64,000 nt of DNA from a virus (IMGVR_UViG_3300028588_000021:3917-67916); one strand, 5' to 3'; numbered from the stretch's first letter, positions 52,489 through 61,429 are shown. A program made the numbers and translations. Notes: generated from the sequence alone by a model not told the origin.

Positions 52489-52853
52489 TAGTCCTCCAGT
52501 TTCTTAGGCGGGTAGCTACCCGACAGGTTCTTTTTCGCTGCTGCAAATCTAGCGTAGTAATCCGCGTCGTGCAATTGCTTTTCGTTCTTGCGCAGTACCT
52601 TTTCGGCCAGCTCCCGAATAGCCTTTGGGTATGCCTCCGGCAGCAGCCGAATCAACTCGTATGCGACATTAGGGTCCCGCACAGCGAGGAAGTCATCCAT
52701 CCAAGCAATGACCTTAGAGCCAATTCGTCGCTTTTTACGCAAGGAGACAGTGGCGGAAGGGCATTTATCGTAGTCTCCCCAATAAACAGTTACTTTCCAG
52801 AAATACCCCTCAGGAACTACAGGCATATTGGTTGTAACATCAATTTCAGTCAT
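52488..52853 (-). CDS. hypothetical protein (paralogue of the previous gene)
   Basis: ends GSYPPKKLED. Confidence 0.7.
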   Translation of the reverse strand: MTEIDVTTNMPVVPEGYFWKVTVYWGDYDKCPSATVSLRKKRRIGSKVIAWMDDFLAVRDPNVAYELIRLLPEAYPKAIRELAEKVLRKNEKQLHDADYYARFAAAKKNLSGSYPPKKLED

Positions 52854-52884
52854 GCACCCTCCTTGGTCGTTAGTTGTTACTTGT

Positions 52885-52924
52885 GACTGCCAGGGACTCG
52901 AACCCCGGTGTATGCCGTTCAGCC
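52885..52924 (-). ncRNA. mini-tRNA-like element 1
   Basis: GGCTG-aacggcataca-CCGGGG-TTCGAGT-CCCTGG-CAGTC-A. Confidence 0.55.
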
Positions 52925-52935
52925 TACCCTACTTG

Positions 52936-53340
52936 CTACTGCTTGCCAACCTCAAGGTCGAACTCCGGCAGAAGCGACTCGGGCTTGAGGATCACGCGAG
53001 TCTTGTACACGCTCACGTCGATGGCCTCTTCCTGAGTGATGGAAACCGAGTCCTGGTCCCCCATGATGAACACGTGCTTGCGGTACTCGTTGGGGGCGTA
53101 TCGGCAGGTCAGGTCAAACTGACGCCCGTCGACCGTCTCAAAGGAGCAGCGGCCCTGTGCGTAGAATATGGTCTTACCCGTAATGCCACTGATACCGACG
53201 ATGGTACGCTGAACCTCAAACTGCTCGGCAGCAGTCTTGATGTTGCGGTCCGCCGTGTCGGCGTCACTCGTACAGCCAGACAGCAGCAGCCCAGCAGCCA
53301 TGATGAGTCCGATGCCAGCCATGATCTTCTTGTTCTTCAT
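52936..53340 (-). CDS. conserved phage lipoprotein
   Basis: basic N-terminus, hydrophobic core, lipobox LSGC. Confidence 0.75.
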   Translation of the reverse strand: MKNKKIMAGIGLIMAAGLLLSGCTSDADTADRNIKTAAEQFEVQRTIVGISGITGKTIFYAQGRCSFETVDGRQFDLTCRYAPNEYRKHVFIMGDQDSVSITQEEAIDVSVYKTRVILKPESLLPEFDLEVGKQ

Positions 53341-53389
53341 AGTGCCTCCTTGTAAGTTGTGATGTCTTGTTGTCTAGCAGCCTAGTAGA

Positions 53390-53563
53390 TTACTCGTCTT
53401 CGGTGTGCGCTTCGCTCCAGAAATGTGGAGCAAAGATGTTCACGTATTCACTGACATGAATAATCTGAAGTGCTCCCGCATCCGTGACCTCCACTAAAGC
53501 AATGCGGTCCCAGTCGAAGCTGCCAACGACGTTATTTGCTTCGTAAACCTTGAGCTTAGCCAT
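53390..53563 (-). CDS. hypothetical protein
   Basis: ATG overlapping the previous stop. Confidence 0.5.
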   Translation of the reverse strand: MAKLKVYEANNVVGSFDWDRIALVEVTDAGALQIIHVSEYVNIFAPHFWSEAHTEDE

Positions 53564-54233
53564 CGTTTTCCACAGCCTTACGCACAGCGGCAAGCTTGGT
53601 CTGGAGCAGGCTCACCAGAACGGGGTTAATCATGTCCACAACAGAGTCAGCCACCAGCGAGAGCGTCATGTTCCATTCGTCGTCACTCATCTTGCCGGTC
53701 ACGTCCTCCACGTCGGAGCGAGGAACCGGCTGAACCAGGTTGCGAACCGCGTTGCCGCTTTCCTCAAATCGTGCCGCCAGCTCGGCCAGCACAACATGCT
53801 CCAGCTCACGGCCCGACAAGCCAGCGTAAGGGTCTTCGGCATCGTCCTCGTCATCGTCCTGCTCCTCGTCCTCCGGCTCGTCAATCGTCTTGACACCAAC
53901 GGTGACCGGGGCAGTCAGCTCAGCAGTTTCGTACATGCCGACAACATGGGCCATGCCGTCAATCACGAGAGACATGCCACCGCTGGGAGCTTTGTAAACG
54001 CCCTGCAAAGTTCCCGCGACCTCGTGAGCTGCGCCCACGAAGAGGCGAATTCCATAGCCGTAGTGCTCCGTGCTCAGCTCGTCGATGTCAACGTACTGGC
54101 GTGCGACCTCGATGGTCACCAGCGACTTAGAAATCGGCAGTGCCTCCATCACATTGGTGAGAATGTACTCACGCTGCTCGTCATCCAGGATGCCATCCAG
54201 CTCGAAAGTACCACTCAGGTTGTATTCAGTCAT
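53556..54233 (-). CDS. hypothetical protein
   Basis: 225 aa acidic ORF in the leftward operon. Confidence 0.7.
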   Translation of the reverse strand: MTEYNLSGTFELDGILDDEQREYILTNVMEALPISKSLVTIEVARQYVDIDELSTEHYGYGIRLFVGAAHEVAGTLQGVYKAPSGGMSLVIDGMAHVVGMYETAELTAPVTVGVKTIDEPEDEEQDDDEDDAEDPYAGLSGRELEHVVLAELAARFEESGNAVRNLVQPVPRSDVEDVTGKMSDDEWNMTLSLVADSVVDMINPVLVSLLQTKLAAVRKAVENDG

Positions 54234-54421
54234 GCGTAAAATCCTCCATCTACTCGGAACCCTCTGGGTCGGTTGTCATTACCATACACTACCTCGAAGC
54301 CATCTCCAAGGGTGTTGTCGTGTTCGCTGAACCAATCTTCAATCCGGCTCTTACGGTCCGGGTCTTTGGGTGGCTTGCGCTTGGGCTTCAGCGGTGCCAG
54401 TACGGCCTCCAGCTCGTCCAT
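54230..54421 (-). CDS. hypothetical protein
   Basis: coupled ORF. Confidence 0.55.
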   Translation of the reverse strand: MDELEAVLAPLKPKRKPPKDPDRKSRIEDWFSEHDNTLGDGFEVVYGNDNRPRGFRVDGGFYA

Positions 54422-54825
54422 CAGTGTGTCTCCAGGTCATCCAGGCTGAATGCAGCAATTCGCTGCTTACCGTCCAGCACATCGGTGCCCTCTCGGAAGA
54501 AGTAATTAACCTCTGCCATACCGTCCTCGTAAGACTGTGCGATGGTGTAGACCCACGCATCGTGCTCGGGGTATACCGCAGACAGGTCGTTGTAGTCCAC
54601 GCCCTTCACGGGCAGCACAAGGGCGGGCTTGCCATTAGGCTGCATGTAGAAGTGCGGAACCGAGACAGGGAGGAAGTACACGCGCAGCCCAGCAGTCTTA
54701 GGCTCGCCCTCGACAGCGGTGTAAATCTCTTCAGGGTCGTGGCTCTGGAGCAGGAACGGGCGGGGCAAGTACGGACCCTCGTTCAGCTCGTCAAACTCCT
54801 CTTGGCTAATCTGCGGCAGTTCCAT
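54421..54825 (-). CDS. hypothetical protein
   Basis: GAAGGAGGA RBS. Confidence 0.65.
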   Translation of the reverse strand: MELPQISQEEFDELNEGPYLPRPFLLQSHDPEEIYTAVEGEPKTAGLRVYFLPVSVPHFYMQPNGKPALVLPVKGVDYNDLSAVYPEHDAWVYTIAQSYEDGMAEVNYFFREGTDVLDGKQRIAAFSLDDLETH

Positions 54826-55190
54826 TAGTCCTCCTTCACAGTGGCTGCGTCAAACAGCACCTTCACGTTGTCCATATCACTATTGATAATAAAGTCACCC
54901 TGGTGGTAGCCGCTCAAAGCATACCAGTCGCCATCTTTGTCCAACGCAAAGGTTACTTCTTCCTCATCAACGTAACACTTGATGACGGAACCAACCGTAG
55001 TCGGCAGCGGCGGGTCGGGCGTTTCAATCGTGATCTTCACGACAGGGCCGGGGTAAGCGGATCGAATACCGGCCTCTGCCGCTGCCTCTTGCTCAGTGCC
55101 ATAGACAATGTAGTTGTCCACATCTGACGGATCGATAACCGTACCGATGTCGGACTTGTACAGCAGTGCATACTTGGTAATAGTGCTCAT
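54825..55190 (-). CDS. hypothetical protein
   Basis: PPLPTTVGSVI motif. Confidence 0.65.
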   Translation of the reverse strand: MSTITKYALLYKSDIGTVIDPSDVDNYIVYGTEQEAAAEAGIRSAYPGPVVKITIETPDPPLPTTVGSVIKCYVDEEEVTFALDKDGDWYALSGYHQGDFIINSDMDNVKVLFDAATVKED

Positions 55191-55194
55191 GTGA

Positions 55195-55692
55195 TTACTC
55201 CTCGTCTAGAAAGCTCGTGAAGTCCGCCCTGGGGAACTTCGCTCGCAGGATTGTGAAAACTTCGGGGGTGACGGTAAGTGCCTCAGTGTCGTTACCGTGC
55301 TCAGTGGTGTTCGAACGCTCGACCACCTGGGAGTCTCCCAGGTCAAGCAGCCAGAACTCCCACTCACGCTTTCTGCTGTCAGTGACAATATACACGTCAT
55401 CGACCTTGCGAATGCCGGTCGTTGCCAAACCGTTACCTCCGCCCGTGGTACCAGCTCCAAGCATGTCGCTCAGCGTCTTAGAGTCCTTGGTGCCAAGGCC
55501 CTCAATGTGGATACGACGCTTAGGCACGCCCAGGTCGAATGCGTTCTGCACAGCGGTCACCAGGTCCGCCTGTGCGGTGATCTTGTCCTCGTCGAACTGT
55601 TCTTGCAGTCGCGCCACTCGCGCCTTGTACTCGTCGCTCTGGGCTTGCACTTCGTGAAGTGCCAGTACCTGGCTGTTGTCAAGCTTAGTCAT
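55195..55692 (-). CDS. hypothetical protein
   Basis: GAGGAG RBS; coiled N-terminus. Confidence 0.65.
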   Translation of the reverse strand: MTKLDNSQVLALHEVQAQSDEYKARVARLQEQFDEDKITAQADLVTAVQNAFDLGVPKRRIHIEGLGTKDSKTLSDMLGAGTTGGGNGLATTGIRKVDDVYIVTDSRKREWEFWLLDLGDSQVVERSNTTEHGNDTEALTVTPEVFTILRAKFPRADFTSFLDEE

Positions 55693-55853
55693 GTGTTCTC
55701 CTCAAAAGTCTTGTTTGCGATGTCGATTGCATCTTGTTGCCCTGACTCTAGCACAGCTTGCATAGCGAGCGCCAGCGCAAACCAGGGATGGGGCGACTTC
55801 TTGTTGAGAAGCCGCCCCATCCTTTGTGCTGTGTCAGTAAGTTGGGTACTCAA
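55689..55853 (-). CDS. hypothetical protein
   Basis: start uncertain; C-terminal part of track ORF 55689..56003. Confidence 0.4.
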   Translation of the reverse strand: MSTQLTDTAQRMGRLLNKKSPHPWFALALAMQAVLESGQQDAIDIANKTFEENT

Positions 55854-56238
55854 TGATGAACTCGTCAGCGTATCGCACAAGGCCGTTGTACTCGTAGGTA
55901 GGGTGAGGTGCTTTGGGTCCATCAGCGTAGAGGTCACGCATATAGATGCCATCTGAGTAAGACTTGCCCGGGCTAACAACGATAATCCATTCAGTGCTCG
56001 CACTGCGCTTGTGGCGGTACCGCGTGCCCACGGGAGCGCCCTCTAGGGCCTCTACAAGGGTCTGTCGCGGCTCCTCGGGCTGGAACTCGTCGGCGGCATC
56101 GAACCTCCCGCTTTCCACCGTACCAATGATGGACTCAAGGACGAATGTAATATCAGAGTCTTCTGGATCAGCAGCCCAAATCTGGTGAATCTGGTCCAGG
56201 TATCCCTTAAGCTTGTCGGCGTCAATCAGCTTGGTCAT
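55834..56238 (-). CDS. hypothetical protein
   Basis: GAGGAGGA RBS. Confidence 0.65.
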   Translation of the reverse strand: MTKLIDADKLKGYLDQIHQIWAADPEDSDITFVLESIIGTVESGRFDAADEFQPEEPRQTLVEALEGAPVGTRYRHKRSASTEWIIVVSPGKSYSDGIYMRDLYADGPKAPHPTYEYNGLVRYADEFIIEYPTY

Positions 56239-56678
56239 TAGTCCTCCTCAGGATTGTACTTCACGGTGATGGTCCAGTCGTGGTCATCGAACCAGAAAGC
56301 GGCTTGTGCATAGTCATTGTCAGGGCTGGTGACCCAGCCAAGTCGCTTCTTGTACCAGCGCGTAGTCTCGTTATTCACCTGAATGACCGAGCCGATTGGG
56401 AGCGAGTCAAGCAGTCGGCTGTTCCCGGTGAGGGCCTCTTCCTGCTCAACCTTGATAGCAGCATAGTCCTCAATCACGCTGTCGATAGCATCGCGGATCG
56501 CCTTAGCATCTTCGATAGTAAACGACGCATAAACTACGCCACCGTAACTATCTCGCATCTCAAGAAAAAGATGGGGACCCGAGACATGCTCGGCATTACG
56601 CGAAACCAGCAAAGTCTTTTTTGAATAAGCCGCAGTGAACAGCCCCTTATTCCGATTCGCAGTATTGAATTTGCTCAT
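56238..56678 (-). CDS. hypothetical protein
   Basis: GAAGGAGGA RBS; LDSLPIGSVI motif. Confidence 0.65.
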   Translation of the reverse strand: MSKFNTANRNKGLFTAAYSKKTLLVSRNAEHVSGPHLFLEMRDSYGGVVYASFTIEDAKAIRDAIDSVIEDYAAIKVEQEEALTGNSRLLDSLPIGSVIQVNNETTRWYKKRLGWVTSPDNDYAQAAFWFDDHDWTITVKYNPEED

Positions 56679-56679
56679 C

Positions 56680-57123
56680 TTAGTTGTCCTCCTTCTTGAA
56701 AACGATACCCGACAGTCCAGCCGACGAGTACACGTAGCCTTCCGCCCACCTATTGGTCCCGCCAATGACTTTCACAAAGTCACCCTTCTCAGTCTTGAGG
56801 AACTCACGATAGTCACCTCCGGTATCGATAGAGACACGTGCGCCCAACGCAAGAGCATCCAGCTCTGCCGTGGTGAGCGCCTTGGGCTTGGCATCCTCGA
56901 TGATCTGCTCGGCGTCGGCAATGACCTCTCCAATGGCGGCATGCAGTCGCTTGGCCTCAGCCAGCCCAATAGTCACTGTGCGAGAGTAATCGAACATGTA
57001 GAGAATCGTATCCTCCACCGAATTGTACTCTCCCCCTTCGTGGTTACGTCCCACAGTCAATTTGCCCTGGCTGGTTTCAATCTCATCTTTACGGCGGTTG
57101 GTGGCTTTAATTTCTCGGGTCAT
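56680..57123 (-). CDS. hypothetical protein (probable paralogue of the neighbour)
   Basis: AGGAGGA RBS; LDALALGARV motif. Confidence 0.65.
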   Translation of the reverse strand: MTREIKATNRRKDEIETSQGKLTVGRNHEGGEYNSVEDTILYMFDYSRTVTIGLAEAKRLHAAIGEVIADAEQIIEDAKPKALTTAELDALALGARVSIDTGGDYREFLKTEKGDFVKVIGGTNRWAEGYVYSSAGLSGIVFKKEDN

Positions 57124-57147
57124 GTGTTTGTCCTCCTAAGTTAGTGA

Positions 57148-57213
57148 ATTGCGTTCTGTGCGATGATCCAGATTACTAGACCAACACTAGGGATACCGAC
57201 AAGCTTTGTCAAT
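57148..57213 (-). promoter_or_regulatory. promoter plus conserved 22-nt leader motif
   Basis: TTGACA-17-TAGTGT on the minus strand; GGATCATCGCACAGAACGCAAT (57148-57169) recurs at 61350. Confidence 0.55.
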
Positions 57214-57231
57214 GCGCCTTGCAAAATTCTC

Positions 57232-57471
57232 CTATTCCGCTAGCGCTAGGGCATAGCTCAAGTACGGTGCTAGCCGTGCCGGAATATTCAGCACAGCCGT
57301 TTCCAGGCTAGTCTCAAGCTCGGCGGCTCGCGCAATCTCTGCGTCGTTGACTCCCATCGTGTTGCCTTTGTGCGCGATGTCACTCAGCTCACGTCCCAGG
57401 CCACGTAGCACTTCAGCCAAATCGATCAATTGCTGTGACTCGCCATCACGTAGCGGCTCAGTAGCGGTCAT
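57232..57471 (-). CDS. hypothetical protein
   Basis: AAGGAGG RBS. Confidence 0.6.
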   Translation of the reverse strand: MTATEPLRDGESQQLIDLAEVLRGLGRELSDIAHKGNTMGVNDAEIARAAELETSLETAVLNIPARLAPYLSYALALAE

Positions 57472-57863
57472 GCTGCCTCCTTAGCGTATTTGACAGCCTC
57501 GCCCCATGATGCGCCGTTATCTTGCATGGTCTGTGCCTTACCGAGCACCCAAACAGCGTCGTCGGTGATCCGAATACCCGGGTGCGGTGCGGCTCGGGTG
57601 GCGTAGTTCAGCTCGACTGCCGACACACCGTGCCCCCACAATTCTTCGTGCTCGGCTCCATCTTCACCCACAACTACAGGCCGCAAATCCACTCCCAGGT
57701 AGTTCACAACGTGTCCCACGATGCACAATGGGTTGCCCTGGCCGTCGGCATAATTGCATCCCACGGTGTCGGCATCCGGGTCAACGTAATCGGCACCCTT
57801 CTCCTCCACAGCCCGCTCAAGCAGTTCGATGGCCTTGTCGGCGTCAACAACAACAGTCGTCAT
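57468..57863 (-). CDS. hypothetical protein
   Basis: C.Y...G.P.CIVG motif seen in actinophage hypothetical proteins. Confidence 0.65.
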   Translation of the reverse strand: MTTVVVDADKAIELLERAVEEKGADYVDPDADTVGCNYADGQGNPLCIVGHVVNYLGVDLRPVVVGEDGAEHEELWGHGVSAVELNYATRAAPHPGIRITDDAVWVLGKAQTMQDNGASWGEAVKYAKEAA

Positions 57864-58009
57864 TTCTTGTTCTCCAATTCACTAGGGTTGGTGCCGAACC
57901 GCCACTCGTAGCAGCTTGCACACCAAGTCTTTCCATTTTTCCCATAGAGCACTTGCTCTAGAATACTCCCACCACAAGCGTGGCAGTTGGTGCTATTGAG
58001 CTTAGCCAC
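57860..58009 (-). CDS. small Zn-finger protein
   Basis: GGAGG RBS, GTG; CHAC...CASC. Confidence 0.5.
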   Translation of the reverse strand: MAKLNSTNCHACGGSILEQVLYGKNGKTWCASCYEWRFGTNPSELENKK

Positions 58010-58478
58010 GCTTGCCTCCTTTTTGTTTATATGCCTTTGATTTTTCTTTGGCGCACTGTCTACATACCCGTTCATTGCCCCGGGTACGTTTTTGTATGCG
58101 TGTGTTCTCAGGGGTAAATGCATGATTGTTTTTGCAGTGCGTTTTCCGGCTCATGCGCTGTGTTCCATGGGCTACTGAATCCCGCTGATTATCACTAATC
58201 GTACCCCAGGCAAGATTCGATACCTCGTTGTTGGCTGCATTGCCGTCTAAGTGTCTGACTACGGGCAATCCATTTTGCTCTAGGAATGCGCGGGCCACCA
58301 ACTTGTGAGCGGTGTAAGTTTTTCGTTTACCGTTTCGGTACAGCCCGACTCGTGCGTACTTCTGCCCTTGAGCAACGTACTGGCTAATTACACGGTGAGA
58401 GACAATCGAGTACACTTCTCCCGAGCTATTGATCCGGTAAAGACCCTCCCACTCAGGAACGTCTCGCCACTCGATCAT
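58002..58478 (-). CDS. NUMOD4-HNH homing endonuclease
   Basis: EWRDVPEWEGLYRINSSG (NUMOD4); VRHLDGNAANNEVSNL; KTHCKNNH. Confidence 0.88.
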   Translation of the reverse strand: MIEWRDVPEWEGLYRINSSGEVYSIVSHRVISQYVAQGQKYARVGLYRNGKRKTYTAHKLVARAFLEQNGLPVVRHLDGNAANNEVSNLAWGTISDNQRDSVAHGTQRMSRKTHCKNNHAFTPENTRIQKRTRGNERVCRQCAKEKSKAYKQKGGKRG

Positions 58479-58552
58479 ATTGTCTCCTCTCATGTGGCCG
58501 GTATCTGGCCGACTAAGTGCGGCCAAGGCCCATCATACACAAGGCTCACACC

Positions 58553-59032
58553 TTACGCAAGCACACCCTCGAAGCTGAGTCGGTTCTGGTAGATGGCACT
58601 GTCTTTAGTGAAGACGGCTTGACGCACCCCGTAGCGGATTTGATCTGCCGGAACCTTGTAGTGCGTGATGCCATGGCCTCGCTCTTCGAGCTTAGCGCGG
58701 TTGTGGGGGTGGTCAAACCACGTCTTGAGCTGCTCAAGGGACCAGAACCCACAGCGCTCCACGGTGTCGACAATGCCGATGGCGGGCATAACGCCTGCCC
58801 ACTCTTCGTCGGTGTACTCATCCTTAGCGAAATAATTCTCCCATTCCCTAAGGAATTGCTTGTCCTCGGTCGGCGGGCCTTGCATGATCGTCAAGTCGCC
58901 GTAAGGGTTGGGGTGTCGTCGCTCATACTCATGCGAGAGAATGCCCACACCACTGTTGATTAGCACATGCGCCCCGATGTAAGGGCCAGCGCCCGACTCT
59001 GTTTCCACTCTGTAAACGTCTACAAGCTCCAC
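58553..59032 (-). CDS. hypothetical protein
   Basis: VYRVE...GPY and CGFWSLEQLKTWF motifs. Confidence 0.65.
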   Translation of the reverse strand: MELVDVYRVETESGAGPYIGAHVLINSGVGILSHEYERRHPNPYGDLTIMQGPPTEDKQFLREWENYFAKDEYTDEEWAGVMPAIGIVDTVERCGFWSLEQLKTWFDHPHNRAKLEERGHGITHYKVPADQIRYGVRQAVFTKDSAIYQNRLSFEGVLA

Positions 59033-59066
59033 CCTGATACTCCGTTCTGTCTAGTTTTGTATGAGT

Positions 59067-59109
59067 GCCCCTGGCCGGAATCGAACCGGCCACTATGAAC
59101 CATTGAGGC
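59067..59109 (-). ncRNA. mini-tRNA-like element 2
   Basis: GCCTC-aatggttcatag-TGGCCGG-TTCGATT-CCGGCCA-GGGGC-A. Confidence 0.6.
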
Positions 59110-59116
59110 GGTACTG

Positions 59117-59284
59117 CTAGTTGTCCTTGTTGCTACCAAATAGCGGCACATCTCCGTACGTGGCTGCGTAAGCCCGCTTGAGGCCCGCCATTGCTTCGTC
59201 GGAGCTAACCCCGCTTGACTGATCCCAGTTATAGAGAATGTTCTCGACGTTCTGAATCAGTGTCTGTGCTCTAGGTGAGTTCAA
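59117..59284 (-). CDS. hypothetical protein
   Basis: TTG start overlapping the previous TGA; 55 aa. Confidence 0.45.
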   Translation of the reverse strand: MNSPRAQTLIQNVENILYNWDQSSGVSSDEAMAGLKRAYAATYGDVPLFGSNKDN

Positions 59285-59436
59285 GAGTTGACCTCCACGA
59301 AATCACTCAGCAAAAACTTGGCCGTGCCGACCCGTCGCTGAATCTTAGCCTTGGACGCTCCGGGCGTCTCAAGTGACTTGAGGACGACCGCGAGGTCATC
59401 CAGAACCGACTGCTGTGCCTTAGTAAGCTTTGCCAT
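59281..59436 (-). CDS. hypothetical protein
   Basis: AAAGGAG RBS; 51 aa. Confidence 0.55.
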   Translation of the reverse strand: MAKLTKAQQSVLDDLAVVLKSLETPGASKAKIQRRVGTAKFLLSDFVEVNS

Positions 59437-59462
59437 GTTGTATGTCTCCTTTGGTCGTTGGG

Positions 59463-59912
59463 TCAGTTGATCTTGGTATCGAACGTGTACGTACCACGCT
59501 CGGTGAACTGAACCACCGTGTGATTCTCCACATTGGAAAATTGCTCATTCAGCTTGTTTGCAAGTCGGGCAGCGTCCCCGTAGTATGCGGTAACCGCAAG
59601 CACGCCGTGCTCGCCCTCCAGAACAGCCCAGCGCGGCCTGATCGTGTGCTCTACCGTCTTGGGCTTGAGGTATTCGATGTGAGCCTCAGCCAGAAGCACA
59701 GCGGCTTCCAAAGCGCTGTCGGCGACGTCGGTGGTACCAACGATCATGCTCTGCCCGTGCCACCCCGTAGGAATGACGTCGTACACTCCACCGATGCGGT
59801 TACCGTTCGGTGCAAACACAGAAGGATAGTTGTCGTCGTCGGGCGCGAAGGTGTACCCCTCAGCGCGCTGCAAGAGTTGGACATTGACCGGGGGAATCGT
59901 GTTGTCGATCAT
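59463..59912 (-). CDS. hypothetical protein
   Basis: AGGAG RBS. Confidence 0.65.
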   Translation of the reverse strand: MIDNTIPPVNVQLLQRAEGYTFAPDDDNYPSVFAPNGNRIGGVYDVIPTGWHGQSMIVGTTDVADSALEAAVLLAEAHIEYLKPKTVEHTIRPRWAVLEGEHGVLAVTAYYGDAARLANKLNEQFSNVENHTVVQFTERGTYTFDTKIN

Positions 59913-59924
59913 GTTGTATATCTC

Positions 59925-60062
59925 CTATTCGTTGATTTGCTCGGTGTAGCTCTGAATTAGTGCTTTGTCGACCTCTGCCCGCTCCCAGGTGGAGCCGATG
60001 GCAACGCCGCCTGCGACCAATACTAGCCCCCAGATTAAGATTCCGCTAGCTGCTCTAACCAT
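59925..60062 (-). CDS. small membrane protein
   Basis: one TM helix; 45 aa. Confidence 0.45.
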   Translation of the reverse strand: MVRAASGILIWGLVLVAGGVAIGSTWERAEVDKALIQSYTEQINE

Positions 60063-60102
60063 GTTTCTAGCTCCAATGCTCCGTTGTCGGTGTCGTCAGG
60101 GT

Positions 60103-60204
60103 TCACAGCTTACCCTCTGCGATTCTCACGTCGGTGTCAAGCCAGAGGCACTTAGTCCAGTCGTGGTTCGTGCCCTCGCAGTAGACGCACTGAGGCTCTT
60201 TCAC
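60103..60204 (-). CDS. small CxxC/His/Cys peptide
   Basis: GTGA overlap; CVYC...H...C. Confidence 0.4.
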   Translation of the reverse strand: MKEPQCVYCEGTNHDWTKCLWLDTDVRIAEGKL

Positions 60205-60329
60205 TCGGGCCACACTCCCGTCTCCAGTACCGTCTGTGCGAACAGAGGCGGCTCACCCATAACCAGCAGTTCCAGTCCCCACTCGGCCATCGCCTTATTC
60301 AGGTCTGCGAATCGGTTGTATTGCTTCAT
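60201..60329 (-). CDS. hypothetical protein
   Basis: GGGAGG RBS; 42 aa. Confidence 0.5.
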   Translation of the reverse strand: MKQYNRFADLNKAMAEWGLELLVMGEPPLFAQTVLETGVWPE

Positions 60330-60333
60330 CGAT

Positions 60334-60486
60334 CTACCTCCCACTCTTTACAGGCCACACAGTGAAGCTGTGTCCCTGGTGCTTTGTCTGCCACTTGTCG
60401 CGTGCCTCCCGATGAGGCACAGTGTCTACCGATCCGCAGTGACACCACACGCGGTACTCGGTGGGCTTATCCCGCTTAGCGGACAT
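60334..60486 (-). CDS. small Zn-binding protein
   Basis: CHCG...H..H. Confidence 0.45.
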   Translation of the reverse strand: MSAKRDKPTEYRVWCHCGSVDTVPHREARDKWQTKHQGHSFTVWPVKSGR

Positions 60487-60892
60487 AGAACGTCGTCCCG
60501 TCCAGCTCGACAGCGGTGTAATCCATTTTGAGCGCTTCGCCCGCTTCGTCCCAATCAATGTGGTTGAAGGGCCACACAGCGTCGGTGACCTGGCTTCCGT
60601 AGAGGTCACCGGCCATCTCCTCGGCGTACTCGGCGAAGTAGTTTTCATTCACCAACGTCTCGCCATACTCCCAATCGGAGGTGCTGCACTCGTCCCAGAA
60701 ATCGGTAAGCATGGTGTGCTCCTCTTTGACCTCTTCCCATGCATCCCAGTGTTCCTCGCGCTCCTCGGCGTCCATCCCGCTATCGGGGTCGTTAGCCTCA
60801 TCGGCGTAGCTGCGAATGCTTTCCAACTCATCAATGCGTGCCTTGAGGTCGGAGGTATAGATAACGTTGTCGCTGAGGTCGAAGGTAGACAT
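60476..60892 (-). CDS. hypothetical acidic protein
   Basis: 138 aa; resembles widespread acidic phage early proteins. Confidence 0.7.
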   Translation of the reverse strand: MSTFDLSDNVIYTSDLKARIDELESIRSYADEANDPDSGMDAEEREEHWDAWEEVKEEHTMLTDFWDECSTSDWEYGETLVNENYFAEYAEEMAGDLYGSQVTDAVWPFNHIDWDEAGEALKMDYTAVELDGTTFYVR

Positions 60893-60936
60893 GTGATATG
60901 TTCCAATCTGTTTGGGTGAATGTGTTTGTTACAAGT

Positions 60937-60978
60937 GCCCCGCTCGGTACCTGACTCCGAGTGTATGCCTTTCGGGGC
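60937..60978 (-). ncRNA. mini-tRNA-like element 3 (diverged loop)
   Basis: GCCCCG-aaaggcataca-CTCGG-AGTCAGGTA-CCGAG-CGGGGC-A. Confidence 0.5.
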
Positions 60979-60985
60979 TGTGTGT

Positions 60986-61321
60986 CTAGGTGAGACTGAC
61001 GTTTCTGTACCAATCCCAAATCGGGTCCTCGTCGGTGCCGCTGCGCACCTGGTATTTCCATTTCGGGTCATTCGGGTCGATCATTTCCAACGTACCGATA
61101 CGCACGTCGTCACTTTCGAGTAGTGACTCCCCGACTGTGCGCACAGTGTCGCCCACGATGGGGGTACGCATACTCGGCTCCGGGACAATCTCATCGATGG
61201 TCACCCCCGGGGACGCCTCCCGCAGTCCGTCAGTGAGGTCGAGTGCGAGCTTCAGTGTCGCCACGTCCGCGAACTCGTTGCCCGTGTAGCTGTCGTACAC
61301 TCGGTACTTGTAATCAGTCAT
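60986..61321 (-). CDS. hypothetical protein
   Basis: AAGGGAG RBS. Confidence 0.65.
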   Translation of the reverse strand: MTDYKYRVYDSYTGNEFADVATLKLALDLTDGLREASPGVTIDEIVPEPSMRTPIVGDTVRTVGESLLESDDVRIGTLEMIDPNDPKWKYQVRSGTDEDPIWDWYRNVSLT

Positions 61322-61349
61322 GCTGTATATCTCCCTTGTCTAGTGAGCG

Positions 61350-61371
61350 ATTGCGTTTTGAGCAATGATCC
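61350..61371 (-). promoter_or_regulatory. conserved 22-nt leader motif, second copy
   Basis: GGATCATTGCTCAAAACGCAAT, 19/22 identical to 57148-57169. Confidence 0.5.
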
Positions 61372-61429
61372 AAATTGTCAACCCTATGAGCGGGCATCCC
61401 ACAAATTTAGCGTATGCGTCCCGCACAGT

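Noticed and set aside
52936-53340. Recombination directionality factor label that similar proteins sometimes carry
   Set aside because: The lipobox implies an extracytoplasmic location and no integrase was found in the window.
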